Virus record (IMG/VR): IMGVR_UViG_3300042287_000745
Span: 10,736-74,735 of that record
Source: a virus
Length of the DNA: 64,000 nucleotides
Strand: one strand, 5' to 3'
Below are positions 38,546 through 49,170 of the stretch, in pieces (position 1 is the stretch's first letter; each line of letters starts with the position of its first letter). Under the pieces are notes generated by a model. The model did not search any database. It was not told the DNA's origin and saw only the letters and a program-made list of their open reading frames with translations. Made by a program: the position numbers and the translations under genes.

Positions 38546-39560
38546 CATGAATAAACAAGTTGCCTTAATTACAGGCATTACCGGTCAAGACGGGTCTTAT
38601 CTTGCAGAATTACTACTAGAAAAGGGATATGAGGTACATGGCGTAGTTCGTCGTAGCTCGTCTAGAAATACTGGTAGAATAGATCACATCTATAGTAATC
38701 CAAATTTACATTTGCATTATGGTGACATAACCGATTCGTTAACCATAATGAACATTCTTAAGAAACACAATCCATCTGAAATTTATAATTTAGCAGCACA
38801 GAGTCACGTAATGGTATCGTTTGAGACACCAGAATATACTGCAAGTGTGGACGGCTTAGGTACTCTAAAATTACTTGAGTCTGTTAGAATTTTGAATATG
38901 GATAAAACAACTAAGATTTATCAAGCATCTACGTCGGAATTATATGGATTGGTGCAGGAAACCCCTCAAAGAGAAACAACTCCTTTTTATCCTAGATCCC
39001 CATATGGTGTAGCGAAATTGTATGCATATTGGATAGTTAAAAATTATCGGGAATCATATAATATGTTTGCGTGTTCAGGAATTTTATTTAATCACGAATC
39101 GCCCCGACGCGGATTTAATTTTGTGACTAAAAAAATTGTAGATGGACTTGTTAATATTAGCGGGGGCTACCAAGATTGTCTATATATGGGTAATTTAAAT
39201 GCTATGCGGGATTGGGGTCACGCCAAGGACTATGTTCGGGCAATGTGGATGATGCTGCAACAAGATAAGCCGGATGATTTTGTTATTGCGACGGGCGAAC
39301 AATATTCAGTCAAAACATTCATTGAAAAATGTGCACCGTATTATGGTATGGATATTCGCTGGGAAGGTGAGGGCATTAATGAAGTTGGTATTGATAATAA
39401 TTCAGGGAAAACTATTATTCGAGTAGATCCTAAATATTTTAGACCGGCCGAAGTAGAAACTTTGCTAGGTGATTCGACAAAAGCTAGAACTATTCTAGGA
39501 TGGTCGCCAGAATATACATTTGATATGCTAGTAAAAGAAATGTGCATGGAGTTTAACTAA
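38532..39560 (+). CDS. gmd: GDP-mannose 4,6-dehydratase
   Basis: [40 protein letters not shown] and FNHESPRRG motifs. Confidence 0.96.
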   Translation: MGDYNMNKQVALITGITGQDGSYLAELLLEKGYEVHGVVRRSSSRNTGRIDHIYSNPNLHLHYGDITDSLTIMNILKKHNPSEIYNLAAQSHVMVSFETPEYTASVDGLGTLKLLESVRILNMDKTTKIYQASTSELYGLVQETPQRETTPFYPRSPYGVAKLYAYWIVKNYRESYNMFACSGILFNHESPRRGFNFVTKKIVDGLVNISGGYQDCLYMGNLNAMRDWGHAKDYVRAMWMMLQQDKPDDFVIATGEQYSVKTFIEKCAPYYGMDIRWEGEGINEVGIDNNSGKTIIRVDPKYFRPAEVETLLGDSTKARTILGWSPEYTFDMLVKEMCMEFN

Positions 39561-40195
39561 TGTTTCCTCCCTCATACCAAAATATCAATAAAATAGTTAC
39601 GGAAAAATATTTAAATTATGATTTTGGATTTTTTATTGAAGTAGGCGGGGCAGATGGATATACTCAAAGTAATACTTGGTATCTTGAAAAATACAAAAAT
39701 TGGACAGGGGTTTTAGTTGAACCAAATCCGGATTCTGCAGAAATGTGTCGCAATACCAGACCAGATTCTAAAGTATTTAATTATGCATTAGTTGATCGAG
39801 AGTATCCAGATTCGGAAATAACAATGGTACGTAGAATGGTGTATCCGGGCGATCCCGGACTTATGACTGCGGCTAAAGATTCTCCGTTGAGAACTAATTC
39901 CGATTGGATGCAACCGGCAACAAGCATAGATAAAACTGAAGAATTTACTATACGTACTACCACACTTGATGAAATATTAGAATCTTTAGATGTTAAAACT
40001 GTTGATTTCTTTTCTTTGGATGTTGAAGGTTATGAAGTACAAGTATTAAAAGGATTCAATTTGGAAAAATATTTGCCAAAGGTTATACTAATAGAATGGC
40101 ATGACGATATACAAACTATTTCCGATGTCTTATCTAATACCCATAAGTTAGCAGAACAACTATCTAAACATGATTATGTTTTTATTTTAAAATAG
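39560..40195 (+). CDS. FkbM-family SAM methyltransferase
   Basis: FIEVGGADG, SNT, VEPNP and SLDVEGYE motifs. Confidence 0.88.
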   Translation: MFPPSYQNINKIVTEKYLNYDFGFFIEVGGADGYTQSNTWYLEKYKNWTGVLVEPNPDSAEMCRNTRPDSKVFNYALVDREYPDSEITMVRRMVYPGDPGLMTAAKDSPLRTNSDWMQPATSIDKTEEFTIRTTTLDEILESLDVKTVDFFSLDVEGYEVQVLKGFNLEKYLPKVILIEWHDDIQTISDVLSNTHKLAEQLSKHDYVFILK

Positions 40196-40204
40196 GATAG
40201 TAAA

Positions 40205-41146
40205 ATGGAAATGTATAAAAGTAGTAAAATATTTGTTGCTGGTCATAAAGGATTAGTTGGTTCAGCAATAGTAAATAAGTTGCGAAGCGAAGGATTTAAT
40301 AATCTTGTTTTGCGAGATAAGGAATCTCTTGATCTTAGAAATCAATTGGAGGTTAAAGAATTCTTTAAAGCGGAAAAACCAGAATTTATATTTCTTGCTG
40401 CAGCAAAAGTCGGAGGAATAAATTGGAATTATACACATCCCGCCGACTTTATCTATGACAATCTTCTAATACAATCCAATGTTATAGATTCCGCATATAG
40501 AAATGGAGCTAAGAAACTATTGTTTCTAGGATCGGCCTGCATCTATCCTAAGGTTACGCCACAGCCAATTAAAGAAGAATATTTGTTGACTGCGCCATTA
40601 GAACCAACTAATGAGGGTTATGCTTTAGCAAAAATTACTGGTCTAAGAATGTGCGAATATTATAGACGTCAGTATGGTTTCAATGCGATTAGTTGTATGC
40701 CTGCAAACTTATATGGACCTAACGATAATTTTATACCGGAACACGGGCACGTTATTCCTGGCATTATTACGAAGTTACGAAATGCCATCATTAACAATGA
40801 TGACACGATTGAATGCTGGGGTGACGGTACTCCTACACGAGAGTTTTTATATGTAGATGATCTTGCAGACGCATGCGTTTTTCTAATGCAAACTTATAAT
40901 GAGGCACAGTTCATTAACGTGGGTAGTAATGAGGAATTAACAATTAAAGATTTAGCAGAAAATCTTAAATCCGCAATGGGGTTCACCGGAGAAATAGTTT
41001 GGAATACAGATAAACCGAACGGTACACCTAGACGTAAAATGGATAATAGTAAATTGAATGCACTTGGTTGGAATGCCAAAGTAGATTTTAACGAAGGGCT
41101 AAAACGTACAATAGAATGGTATAAAAAAGAAAAGGGGATGCTATGA
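40205..41146 (+). CDS. fcl: GDP-L-fucose synthase / GDP-colitose synthase (Fcl/ColC)
   Basis: AGHKGLVGS, AAAKVGGI, LGSACIYP, EPTNEGYALAK and WGDGTPTREF motifs. Confidence 0.9.
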   Translation: MEMYKSSKIFVAGHKGLVGSAIVNKLRSEGFNNLVLRDKESLDLRNQLEVKEFFKAEKPEFIFLAAAKVGGINWNYTHPADFIYDNLLIQSNVIDSAYRNGAKKLLFLGSACIYPKVTPQPIKEEYLLTAPLEPTNEGYALAKITGLRMCEYYRRQYGFNAISCMPANLYGPNDNFIPEHGHVIPGIITKLRNAIINNDDTIECWGDGTPTREFLYVDDLADACVFLMQTYNEAQFINVGSNEELTIKDLAENLKSAMGFTGEIVWNTDKPNGTPRRKMDNSKLNALGWNAKVDFNEGLKRTIEWYKKEKGML

Positions 41147-42312
41147 GATGGCCGTTGATGGGTGAAACAATTACATTCACCGATAGATTAAAAATGGCAT
41201 ATTTTGCCATGACTGCTGATAAATTCACTAACGGTGAACGAGTAAAGCAGTTTGAAAAAGAATGGAGTACTTGGTTAGGCGCAAAACATTCTTTATATGT
41301 ATCCTCAGGTAGTACAGCAAACTTTTTACTTATTGCCGCCGCAAAAGAATTATACAATTTAAAACCTGGCGACAAGGTATTAGTGCCGGCATGTACATGG
41401 ATGACAAATGTTGCCCCTATTATACAGTTAGGATTAACTCCTATCTTCTGCGATGTTAATCTATCAAACTTTAGTTTTGATCTAACTGATGCTGTTAAGA
41501 TATCTAAAAAGCATGATATTAAAATGGTATTTGTTACGCACCTATTAGGATTTTCTGCAGATAACGAAGTACTAAAACGCATATTTACAAACGCAATTAT
41601 TTTAGATGACGTATGCGAATCGCATGGCTGCACAGACATTGCCGGAATTAAACGAGGCGCAAATAGTTTAGGAGCTACCTTTAGCTTTTACTTCGGGCAT
41701 CATATGTCTACAATTGAAGGTGGTATGATATCTACAAACAACGATGATCTTTATGATTTAATGAAGATGAAACGTAGTCATGGTTTTGCTAGAGAGTCCA
41801 CTCGTTTTGCCGAATATGCAGAAACATATAAAGATATAGATAAACAATTTTTATTCATAACAGACGGATATAATTTTAGAAATCATGAAATTTGCGCTGT
41901 GCTTGGTTCATCCCAACTAAAACGATTAGATGAGATGATATCTATTCGGAATAAAAATCATGAAATATTCTGTAAAATTATTGACAAATATCCGCATCTG
42001 TTTTATAATATTAAAAACTCTATAGGTAATAGTAGTTTCTGTTTGCCGTTTATCTGCAAGTCGCCAGAAATAATGAAGGCAATGAAGGATACGTTTACAA
42101 AAAATGGTATAGAATATCGACCGGTAGTATCAGGTAATTTATTGCGTCAACCGTTTTTAGCAGAATATAGTATTGACACCGATAAAGAAATAACAAACGC
42201 AGATATTATTCAAACACAGGGTGTGTATATTGGCAACAATCACTTTGTTACTTTGGAAGATATGAGATTTTTAGATAAAGTCGTAGGAGAAATATATGTC
42301 AACATTGGGTGA
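41143..42312 (+). CDS. PLP-dependent GDP-4-keto-6-deoxymannose 3-dehydratase (ColD-like)
   Basis: DegT fold (SSGSTAN, DDVCESHG) with SFYFGHHMSTIEGG: His in place of the Schiff-base Lys; no Fe-S cysteine cluster. Confidence 0.75.
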   Translation: MRWPLMGETITFTDRLKMAYFAMTADKFTNGERVKQFEKEWSTWLGAKHSLYVSSGSTANFLLIAAAKELYNLKPGDKVLVPACTWMTNVAPIIQLGLTPIFCDVNLSNFSFDLTDAVKISKKHDIKMVFVTHLLGFSADNEVLKRIFTNAIILDDVCESHGCTDIAGIKRGANSLGATFSFYFGHHMSTIEGGMISTNNDDLYDLMKMKRSHGFARESTRFAEYAETYKDIDKQFLFITDGYNFRNHEICAVLGSSQLKRLDEMISIRNKNHEIFCKIIDKYPHLFYNIKNSIGNSSFCLPFICKSPEIMKAMKDTFTKNGIEYRPVVSGNLLRQPFLAEYSIDTDKEITNADIIQTQGVYIGNNHFVTLEDMRFLDKVVGEIYVNIG

Positions 42313-42643
42313 AAGCATAGAAGCAATTATTAAAAATACAGTTGATCGGGTATGTCAAGAAGATATGCCGGATTCGGAATATATCGCAACAGATAATCTA
42401 GGCGAGATTATCGAGAAATTAGCAATTATTCATATTCGTATGTGGATGTTAGAAGATGCGATGCAAGCAGCAAAAACAGATTCTGAACTTGCCGAATTGA
42501 AGCGCAAGGTTGATATTTGCTTTAAGGTTAAGCGCCCTAAGTATGTACAAGCAATTAACACTATGGTAGATGATGCAATTAGAACAAACAAATCATTAAA
42601 AGAAGATTCTGTAAAATTATATAAAGGCGTAGATAATGGCTAA
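42296..42643 (+). CDS. Hypothetical helical protein (DUF4254-like)
   Basis: LGEIIEKLAIIHIRMWMLED motif. Confidence 0.55.
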   Translation: MSTLGESIEAIIKNTVDRVCQEDMPDSEYIATDNLGEIIEKLAIIHIRMWMLEDAMQAAKTDSELAELKRKVDICFKVKRPKYVQAINTMVDDAIRTNKSLKEDSVKLYKGVDNG

Positions 42644-43610
42644 AATTGTATTCTTCAATCATTACCATAGAGGCGATTTGTTAACGCATAAAGAATATGT
42701 TAGGCAATTAAAACAAGAATTACCTGATGTAGAATTTGAGTATATGCATTTTAATCATTCTAAATTAACTAGAGATTTAGATATTCCGAAGACCGGATCA
42801 CCTACTGATTTAGATGCAAAGACTCCATTCTATCAGGAAGAGGATACCCTTTATATTAATACCTGGATTGGATGTTTTTGGGATATATTCTGCGAGCATG
42901 GTGGTATTAATATGGATTCGCTTTGGCATCAATGGCAGAAAATTTTTGAAACTGTTAATGCCGCATTTGGTGTCGAGTTAAAACTAAATGCAGAAAAAGA
43001 ATCATATTTGCCATCTATTGATTTTAGTAGATTTGATACTACTTCTATTGATCAATATTTAAGTAACTCTATCGGCATTAAGAAAATTTTAATTTGCAAC
43101 GGTGCTCCTCAATCAGGACAATCATTCTCATATGATATGTCTGATTTTATTCATAGTACTGCTAAAGAATATTCTGACGTACATTTTATCTGCACAACAA
43201 AATTTGATACTAAAGAAACAAATATTCTATTTACAGATGATATCATCAAAGATACCGAAATTGAGGATGAAAAACGTGCACCTTGGGAGGATAAAGGATT
43301 TTGCGATCTTCAAGAAATTTCTTATTTAAGTGAACATGCGGATGCGATTGTCGGTAAAAACTCTGGACCCTTTGTATTCTGCGAAACAAAAACAAATTAT
43401 ATGAATTCATCTAAGAAATTTTTATCGTATAATGTTAGTTGGGGTGAAGCATTCCAAACAGGTGCTAAGAAACCAACAGAAACAATGTCGAATAATATGA
43501 ATCTTGAATGCGATTATAAAATTGTTCCTATTTCAGATATTCATAATTTAACAGATGCCGATGCAACTAATATTAAAAACTCTTTAAACGAATTAGCGAA
43601 TAGCCTATGA
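42636..43610 (+). CDS. Putative glycosyltransferase-fold protein
   Basis: HRGD near the N-terminus and IVGKNSGPF GT-B-like motif; glycan island context. Confidence 0.5.
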   Translation: MAKIVFFNHYHRGDLLTHKEYVRQLKQELPDVEFEYMHFNHSKLTRDLDIPKTGSPTDLDAKTPFYQEEDTLYINTWIGCFWDIFCEHGGINMDSLWHQWQKIFETVNAAFGVELKLNAEKESYLPSIDFSRFDTTSIDQYLSNSIGIKKILICNGAPQSGQSFSYDMSDFIHSTAKEYSDVHFICTTKFDTKETNILFTDDIIKDTEIEDEKRAPWEDKGFCDLQEISYLSEHADAIVGKNSGPFVFCETKTNYMNSSKKFLSYNVSWGEAFQTGAKKPTETMSNNMNLECDYKIVPISDIHNLTDADATNIKNSLNELANSL

Positions 43611-44485
43611 AAAAATTAAAATTAGGTTTTACCGATACACATGAACATTTATCTACATTTTTTGCTAGTCTATTAGCTAATAGATTTGATGTAGAAATTG
43701 ATAACGAAAATCCCGATTATTTAATTTTTGGCGATGATAATTTCGGAACAAACAATACTAAATTCGATAAGAAGGATGTAGTTAAGATTTTCTATACTGG
43801 AGAAAATCGTCGTCCAGAGGATTATGATTGCCATTATGCAATATCCTTCGATCATAATTACAGCAATTGGCATTATCGTTTACCGTTATTTGTAATCTAT
43901 ATGTGGTCGCTAGATCAAATTCATAATACTGGTTATGACTATTATCACATTCTTCAGGATAATCAACCTAAGGAAAAAACAGATTTTTGTTCTTTTGTTG
44001 TAGGAAATCCTAAATGCGAAATACGTAATGACTTCTTTCGACGTTTAGGTAAGTACAAAAAAGTTGACAGTGGCGGCACACTATATAATAACATTAATGC
44101 TAGTCTTGACGGGGAACAAGCAAAGATTGATTTTCTATCCTCAAGAAAATTTAATATTTGTTTTGAGTCCAGTGCGAATCCGGGTTATGTGACAGAGAAA
44201 ATTTTACACGCATACTATGCAAAGACTATTCCTATTTACTGGGGCAGCCCAACAATAACTGCAGATTTTAATCCGCTATCCTTTATCAATGTAAATAATT
44301 TCCATGATTTAGATGCAGTAGTAGATTATGTTAAGATGATTGATAACGACGATGACCTATATAACAGAATCTTAGCAGCAAGTCCTTTTGCTGGAAATAT
44401 ACCTAGAGATTATGTTATGCTAAATAATTTCTTAAATTGGTTTGAATCGGTAGTTTATAATAAAATTGACATGAGAGAAGAATGA
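43607..44485 (+). CDS. GT10 alpha-1,3/4-fucosyltransferase-like
   Basis: FYTGEN, YAISFD, KFNICFE, GYVTEKI and PIYWG motifs (Helicobacter FucT-like). Confidence 0.88.
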   Translation: MKKLKLGFTDTHEHLSTFFASLLANRFDVEIDNENPDYLIFGDDNFGTNNTKFDKKDVVKIFYTGENRRPEDYDCHYAISFDHNYSNWHYRLPLFVIYMWSLDQIHNTGYDYYHILQDNQPKEKTDFCSFVVGNPKCEIRNDFFRRLGKYKKVDSGGTLYNNINASLDGEQAKIDFLSSRKFNICFESSANPGYVTEKILHAYYAKTIPIYWGSPTITADFNPLSFINVNNFHDLDAVVDYVKMIDNDDDLYNRILAASPFAGNIPRDYVMLNNFLNWFESVVYNKIDMREE

Positions 44486-45201
44486 AAATACAAACCTTCA
44501 TTTTTAATTGGGTAGGCCAATACGACAATACGTATAACAAAGAACTACAATTAAAAGATTTCAATCCTGTTATTATTAACAGCGATGATATCTATAATGA
44601 TATTCCTGAATGGCATCATATTGGCAATGATGCATACTTTGGAGCACAATTTGCTAAAGCAGTTGAATTATTTTTAGAGACTGATAATGAAGTATTATTT
44701 CATATCCAAGGTGATGCATCATATAATGACTGGCCTAAACTATATGACGATGCAAACAAATATTTTGAGATGTCAGATTGGGGCATTTACGCACCTAATG
44801 TAGATTATACATGGTATGACTCTAGCAGAACAGATATTACTAGTTTATATTTTCCTATTGAAGGATTGAAGATTGTAGCAAATACAGATTGCACCTGTTG
44901 GTTCATCCATAGAGATATTTTAAAACTCTACAAAGAACGTAATCTAAATCTTGAACAATATAAGATGGGTTGGTCTTGGGATATTATATTACCTAGCTTA
45001 TGTTTTATTAATCAGCGACCCGTAATACGAGATTATAATCATACAATCCAGCATCCGCTAGGCACAGGATATGATACTAACCAAGCAGAAAAAGAAATGC
45101 AACAGTTATATGATACTTTGCCCGAGGATCTTCAAGAAGCATTTCGATACATCAAAGGTGATCGAGAAAATTTAACCAAATATTATCAGACGCCGGCATG
45201 A
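44482..45201 (+). CDS. Putative glycosyltransferase (GT-A-like)
   Basis: 239-aa ORF with GWSWD and H..GTGY motifs; glycan island. Confidence 0.5.
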   Translation: MKIQTFIFNWVGQYDNTYNKELQLKDFNPVIINSDDIYNDIPEWHHIGNDAYFGAQFAKAVELFLETDNEVLFHIQGDASYNDWPKLYDDANKYFEMSDWGIYAPNVDYTWYDSSRTDITSLYFPIEGLKIVANTDCTCWFIHRDILKLYKERNLNLEQYKMGWSWDIILPSLCFINQRPVIRDYNHTIQHPLGTGYDTNQAEKEMQQLYDTLPEDLQEAFRYIKGDRENLTKYYQTPA

Positions 45202-45833
45202 AAAAAATTATAGCTTTTAGTCTTTGGGGTAATAATCCTAAATATTGTGCCGGGGCAATACGCAATGCACAATTAGCTAAAACAATTTTTCCAGAATGGA
45301 TATGTATTTTTTATTATAACGATACCGTACCAGCAACTTATATTAAAATACTAAGTGAATTTGATAATGTGGAAGTAGTAAAAATTGCTGATGGATCATT
45401 TGGGGCATTTTGGCGATTTTTTGATATGCTCGAAGATACAATTGTAATATCCAGAGACTGCGATTCCCGCCTTTCTAAAAGAGAGAAACGTATTGTGGAT
45501 GATTGGTTATCTAGCAAAGAAAAAATGTGCGTAATACGAGATCATATTAATCACTATGAGTTTCCGATGCTTGCAGGTATGTGGGGAATTAAAAATGGAC
45601 TTCATATAGATTTGCACAAACCAATGGAACAATATTGGTATACTCATTCGTATTTGGTGGATCAATTTTATTTGCGAGATGTTGTATGGCCGGTGTTAAA
45701 AGATAATTGTAAAATTTATGGTATCAAGGAAACTGCTTGGATGCGAGAAACATATGAAAGTATTGGTATGGACTTTATTGGTCAAACATATTCAGACGAT
45801 GAATCTCCAGTATATCCCGGCGCTTTAGTATAG
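45198..45833 (+). CDS. Putative glycan-modifying protein ('FSLWG..PKY' family)
   Basis: FSLWGNNPKY, WRF, RDCDSR, RDH and AGMWG motifs. Confidence 0.6.
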   Translation: MKKIIAFSLWGNNPKYCAGAIRNAQLAKTIFPEWICIFYYNDTVPATYIKILSEFDNVEVVKIADGSFGAFWRFFDMLEDTIVISRDCDSRLSKREKRIVDDWLSSKEKMCVIRDHINHYEFPMLAGMWGIKNGLHIDLHKPMEQYWYTHSYLVDQFYLRDVVWPVLKDNCKIYGIKETAWMRETYESIGMDFIGQTYSDDESPVYPGALV

Positions 45834-45840
45834 GGTTAAA

Positions 45841-46533
45841 ATGGGTATCGCATTATTACATCATACAGGGTTGGGTGACCATTTCATGTGCAATGGTCTT
45901 GTTCATCAATTAGCTGATAAGTATGGGGAAGTGGATTTGTTCTGCAAAGAGCATTTGTATAAAACTATCAATCACTTATACATGGATTTTCCTAACATAA
46001 AAATTATTCCGATTAAAAATGATTCAGAAGATCCATACCGGTATGCTGCAAATACACAAAAAGATCTAGTACGTGTTGGATTTGAGCATACCGATTTCAA
46101 TAGATTTGAGGAATCTTTCTATGAACAAGTAGGATTAGATGTTGATGATGAATTTGCATACTTTCAATTTCCCTCGGATTTATCTGGATCAAAAAAATTA
46201 TATGAGCAAGTTGTTGCGGCAAGGGGAAAAGATTATATTTTTGTACATGATGTAAGCTCATATAAAGCATTTGATTTAAAAATAGAATCATCCTTGCCTA
46301 GATTTGTAGTTAATAAAACAGATACAGATGACGTATTAGATTATATTGATACTATCTGTAACGCCAAAGAAGTACATATAATAAACAGCGGGTTACATAA
46401 TTTAGTTTTCCAATTACTATGCCATGGAAAAGTAAATTCTGATAACGTATTTTTTCATGATGCAAGAAAACCAAAAGACGGTGGAATTGCTATTAGAATT
46501 CCTAGTGATGTGAAGGTTATACAATATGACTAA
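45841..46533 (+). CDS. Putative glycosyltransferase-fold protein
   Basis: HTGLGDHFMCNG motif; glycan island. Confidence 0.5.
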   Translation: MGIALLHHTGLGDHFMCNGLVHQLADKYGEVDLFCKEHLYKTINHLYMDFPNIKIIPIKNDSEDPYRYAANTQKDLVRVGFEHTDFNRFEESFYEQVGLDVDDEFAYFQFPSDLSGSKKLYEQVVAARGKDYIFVHDVSSYKAFDLKIESSLPRFVVNKTDTDDVLDYIDTICNAKEVHIINSGLHNLVFQLLCHGKVNSDNVFFHDARKPKDGGIAIRIPSDVKVIQYD

Positions 46534-47266
46534 AAGAGTTACAATAATTACACCCACAACAGGGACAGATTACTTAGAACACTGTTTGCAATCAGTTAAG
46601 CAACAAACATATAAAAACATCAATCACTTCGTTGTTATAGATGGGCAACAGTATGCGGAAAAAGCAAACAAAATTTTAGCAATTAATCCGAACGAAGAAA
46701 GAACAGTTTTATGTCTTCCGGAAAATACTGGGGCGGATGGGTATAATGGGCATAGAATTTATGGGTCTATTCCTTATCTATGTAATACTGATTATATAAT
46801 GTACTTAGATGAAGATAATTGGATTGACTCAGAACACGTCCAAAGTTTAATTGACACAATAGATGAAGGCAATGATTGGGCCTTTTCTTTAAGGAAAATT
46901 TATGGCAGCAATGGTGATTTTATTTGTACTGATGATTGCGAGAATCTTGGGCTGTGGCCGACTTGCATCAACGAAAAAGAACTCTTTGTAGATGTGGGTG
47001 CGTATTTCTTACCTACCGCAATTGCTATTCAAATTTCTCCTTTATGGTATAGACGGGCAAGACATCCCGAGGAACAGCCAGAAGTCGATAGACTTATTAT
47101 GCAAATTCTGATAGAATATAATTTTAAATATAACACCAACGGTAGATATACGTTAAATTATAGAGTAGGAAACAGGCAAGATTCGGTACAAAAAGAATTC
47201 TTTTTGTGGGGAAATGCTAAGATGGAGCAAAAATATGGAGATTATTATCCGTGGCGCAAGAAATAG
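46526..47266 (+). CDS. GT2 glycosyltransferase
   Basis: IITPT, SVKQQTY, VIDG and YLDEDNW motifs. Confidence 0.85.
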   Translation: MTKRVTIITPTTGTDYLEHCLQSVKQQTYKNINHFVVIDGQQYAEKANKILAINPNEERTVLCLPENTGADGYNGHRIYGSIPYLCNTDYIMYLDEDNWIDSEHVQSLIDTIDEGNDWAFSLRKIYGSNGDFICTDDCENLGLWPTCINEKELFVDVGAYFLPTAIAIQISPLWYRRARHPEEQPEVDRLIMQILIEYNFKYNTNGRYTLNYRVGNRQDSVQKEFFLWGNAKMEQKYGDYYPWRKK

Positions 47267-47538
47267 AATATAAGTTTAATGAGGGTGATCTGTTGAAAGA
47301 TTTTCAGGCATATGTTGATGCGACATACAATCAACACTACGCCCTAAACAAATATCAAGCAACAGAATTTATTATTGATAACGGACATGGCGTAGGATTT
47401 ACTGCGGGCAATGTAATGAAATATGTCCAAAGGTACGGAAAAAAAGCAGGAAGGAATAGACAAGACTTGCTAAAGGTGTTACACTATGCATTGATGCTGT
47501 TATATGTGCATGACATTGAAACTAAGGAGACTAAATAA
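47251..47538 (+). CDS. Conserved T4-like protein (DUF3310/SaV-like)
   Basis: YKFNE, TYNQHY, GNVMKYVQRYGKK and DLLKVLHYA motifs; GTG start. Confidence 0.7.
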   Translation: MAQEIEYKFNEGDLLKDFQAYVDATYNQHYALNKYQATEFIIDNGHGVGFTAGNVMKYVQRYGKKAGRNRQDLLKVLHYALMLLYVHDIETKETK

Positions 47539-48194
47539 TGCAAATAAGTAAAGAAACAATTGATATTCTAAAGAACTTCGCCTCTATTAATTCTAACCTA
47601 ATGATTCGAAAAGGTAAGACTCTTTCGACTATTAGTACAGGTAAAAACATTTTTAGTAAAGCGGATGTAACTGAGGAATTTCCTCTCGAAGTAGCAATTT
47701 ATGATTTGAACTCATTGCTTGCGCTTTTAACTGTTATGGAAAATCAAGAAGTAGATTTTGGTGAAAAAAGTTTAACGATTTCTAAAGGCAATGGTAAATT
47801 TGAATATTTTTATGCTAGCCCAAGCGTTATTGTTGCCGCACCAGAAAAGAGCATTGAGTTAGATTCGCATTACGAATTTACACTTTCTGCAGATGATGTG
47901 CAGATGATTATGAAGGCAGCGGCAATTACCGGTGCGCCAACTATCACAATTTCTAGTAAAGAAGGCAAGGTTTCTCTTAATATCGGCGATAAGAAAAACG
48001 ATACTGCAAATACATATAAAAAATCAATCGGAGATAGTGAACATACGTTTGAATGTCATATGGCGGTTGAGAATTTTAAAATTATTCCCGACGCATATAA
48101 TGTTACTATTTCTAAAAAGAAAGCATTTCAATTTAAACATGCTACTAAGGTAATTGAATATTTTATTGCAATGGAACCCGATTCAGTAGTTTAA
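47538..48194 (+). CDS. gp45: Sliding clamp gp45
   Basis: ILKNFASIN, IYDLN and YFIAME motifs. Confidence 0.92.
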   Translation: MQISKETIDILKNFASINSNLMIRKGKTLSTISTGKNIFSKADVTEEFPLEVAIYDLNSLLALLTVMENQEVDFGEKSLTISKGNGKFEYFYASPSVIVAAPEKSIELDSHYEFTLSADDVQMIMKAAAITGAPTITISSKEGKVSLNIGDKKNDTANTYKKSIGDSEHTFECHMAVENFKIIPDAYNVTISKKKAFQFKHATKVIEYFIAMEPDSVV

Positions 48195-48228
48195 TGTTGC
48201 TGTACGCCTATTATAATATGGAGTTGTT

Positions 48229-49170
48229 ATGGATTATCGTGAAAATGAATTTCTTTGGGTTGAGAAATATCGCCCGAGGAAATTAGAAGATTGTATTCTT
48301 CCCGCTAGTCAGAAAACTATTTTTCTGGAAATGTTAGCAAAGGGAGAGATACAAAATATGTTATTATGCGGCGGCGCAGGCATGGGCAAAACGACAGTTG
48401 CCCGTGCTTTGTGCGAAGAGCTACAAACAGATTATATCATCATTAATGGATCAGAAGAATCGGGTATTGATGTTCTTCGTACAAAGATTAAGCAATTTGC
48501 ATCTACTGTTTCTTTTAGCGGTAAGCCAAAAGTTGTTATATTAGATGAAGCGGATTATTTAAATCCAAATTCCACACAACCTGCTCTTCGAGCATTTATG
48601 GAAGAATTTTCATCTAATTGTAGATTCATTCTTACTTGTAATTTTAAAAATAGAATCATTCCTCCTCTGCATTCTAGAGCGGCAGTCATTGAATTTAAAT
48701 TGCCAAAAGCAGATAAACCTAAAATTGCCTCAGCATTTTTTAAGCGAGTAAATGAAATTCTCAGCATTGAAAAAGTTGAGGCTGATGGTAAAGTTGTTGC
48801 AAAGGTAATCGAAAAACATTTTCCGGACTATCGTAGAGTTCTAAATGAACTTCAGAGGTATGGTGCATCTGGAAAAATTGATGAGGGTATCTTTGTAAGT
48901 TTAGGTGAGACTAATCTTCAAGAATTGATTGTGTCTTTGAAAGATAAGGATTGGAAGAAGATGCGAACTTGGGTCGTCAATAACATTGATAATGACCCAC
49001 AAACAATTTTTAGAAAACTATATGATGTTCTATGTGATGAAGTTGTGCAGGTTCCTCAATTAGTATTGTTACTGGCAGATTATCAATATAAATCGGCATT
49101 TTGTGCGGATCAAGAAATTAATTTAGTGGCATGCTTAACTGAAATTATGGCAGCAGTAGAATTAAAATAA
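48229..49170 (+). CDS. gp44: Clamp loader large subunit gp44
   Basis: LWVEKYRP, GMGKTT, LDEAD and FPDYRR motifs. Confidence 0.96.
   Translation: MDYRENEFLWVEKYRPRKLEDCILPASQKTIFLEMLAKGEIQNMLLCGGAGMGKTTVARALCEELQTDYIIINGSEESGIDVLRTKIKQFASTVSFSGKPKVVILDEADYLNPNSTQPALRAFMEEFSSNCRFILTCNFKNRIIPPLHSRAAVIEFKLPKADKPKIASAFFKRVNEILSIEKVEADGKVVAKVIEKHFPDYRRVLNELQRYGASGKIDEGIFVSLGETNLQELIVSLKDKDWKKMRTWVVNNIDNDPQTIFRKLYDVLCDEVVQVPQLVLLLADYQYKSAFCADQEINLVACLTEIMAAVELK

Noticed and set aside
48190-48220. MotA-box middle promoter before gp44
   Set aside because: TATAAT is present, but the TTGCTG element has the wrong spacing and no motA gene is visible
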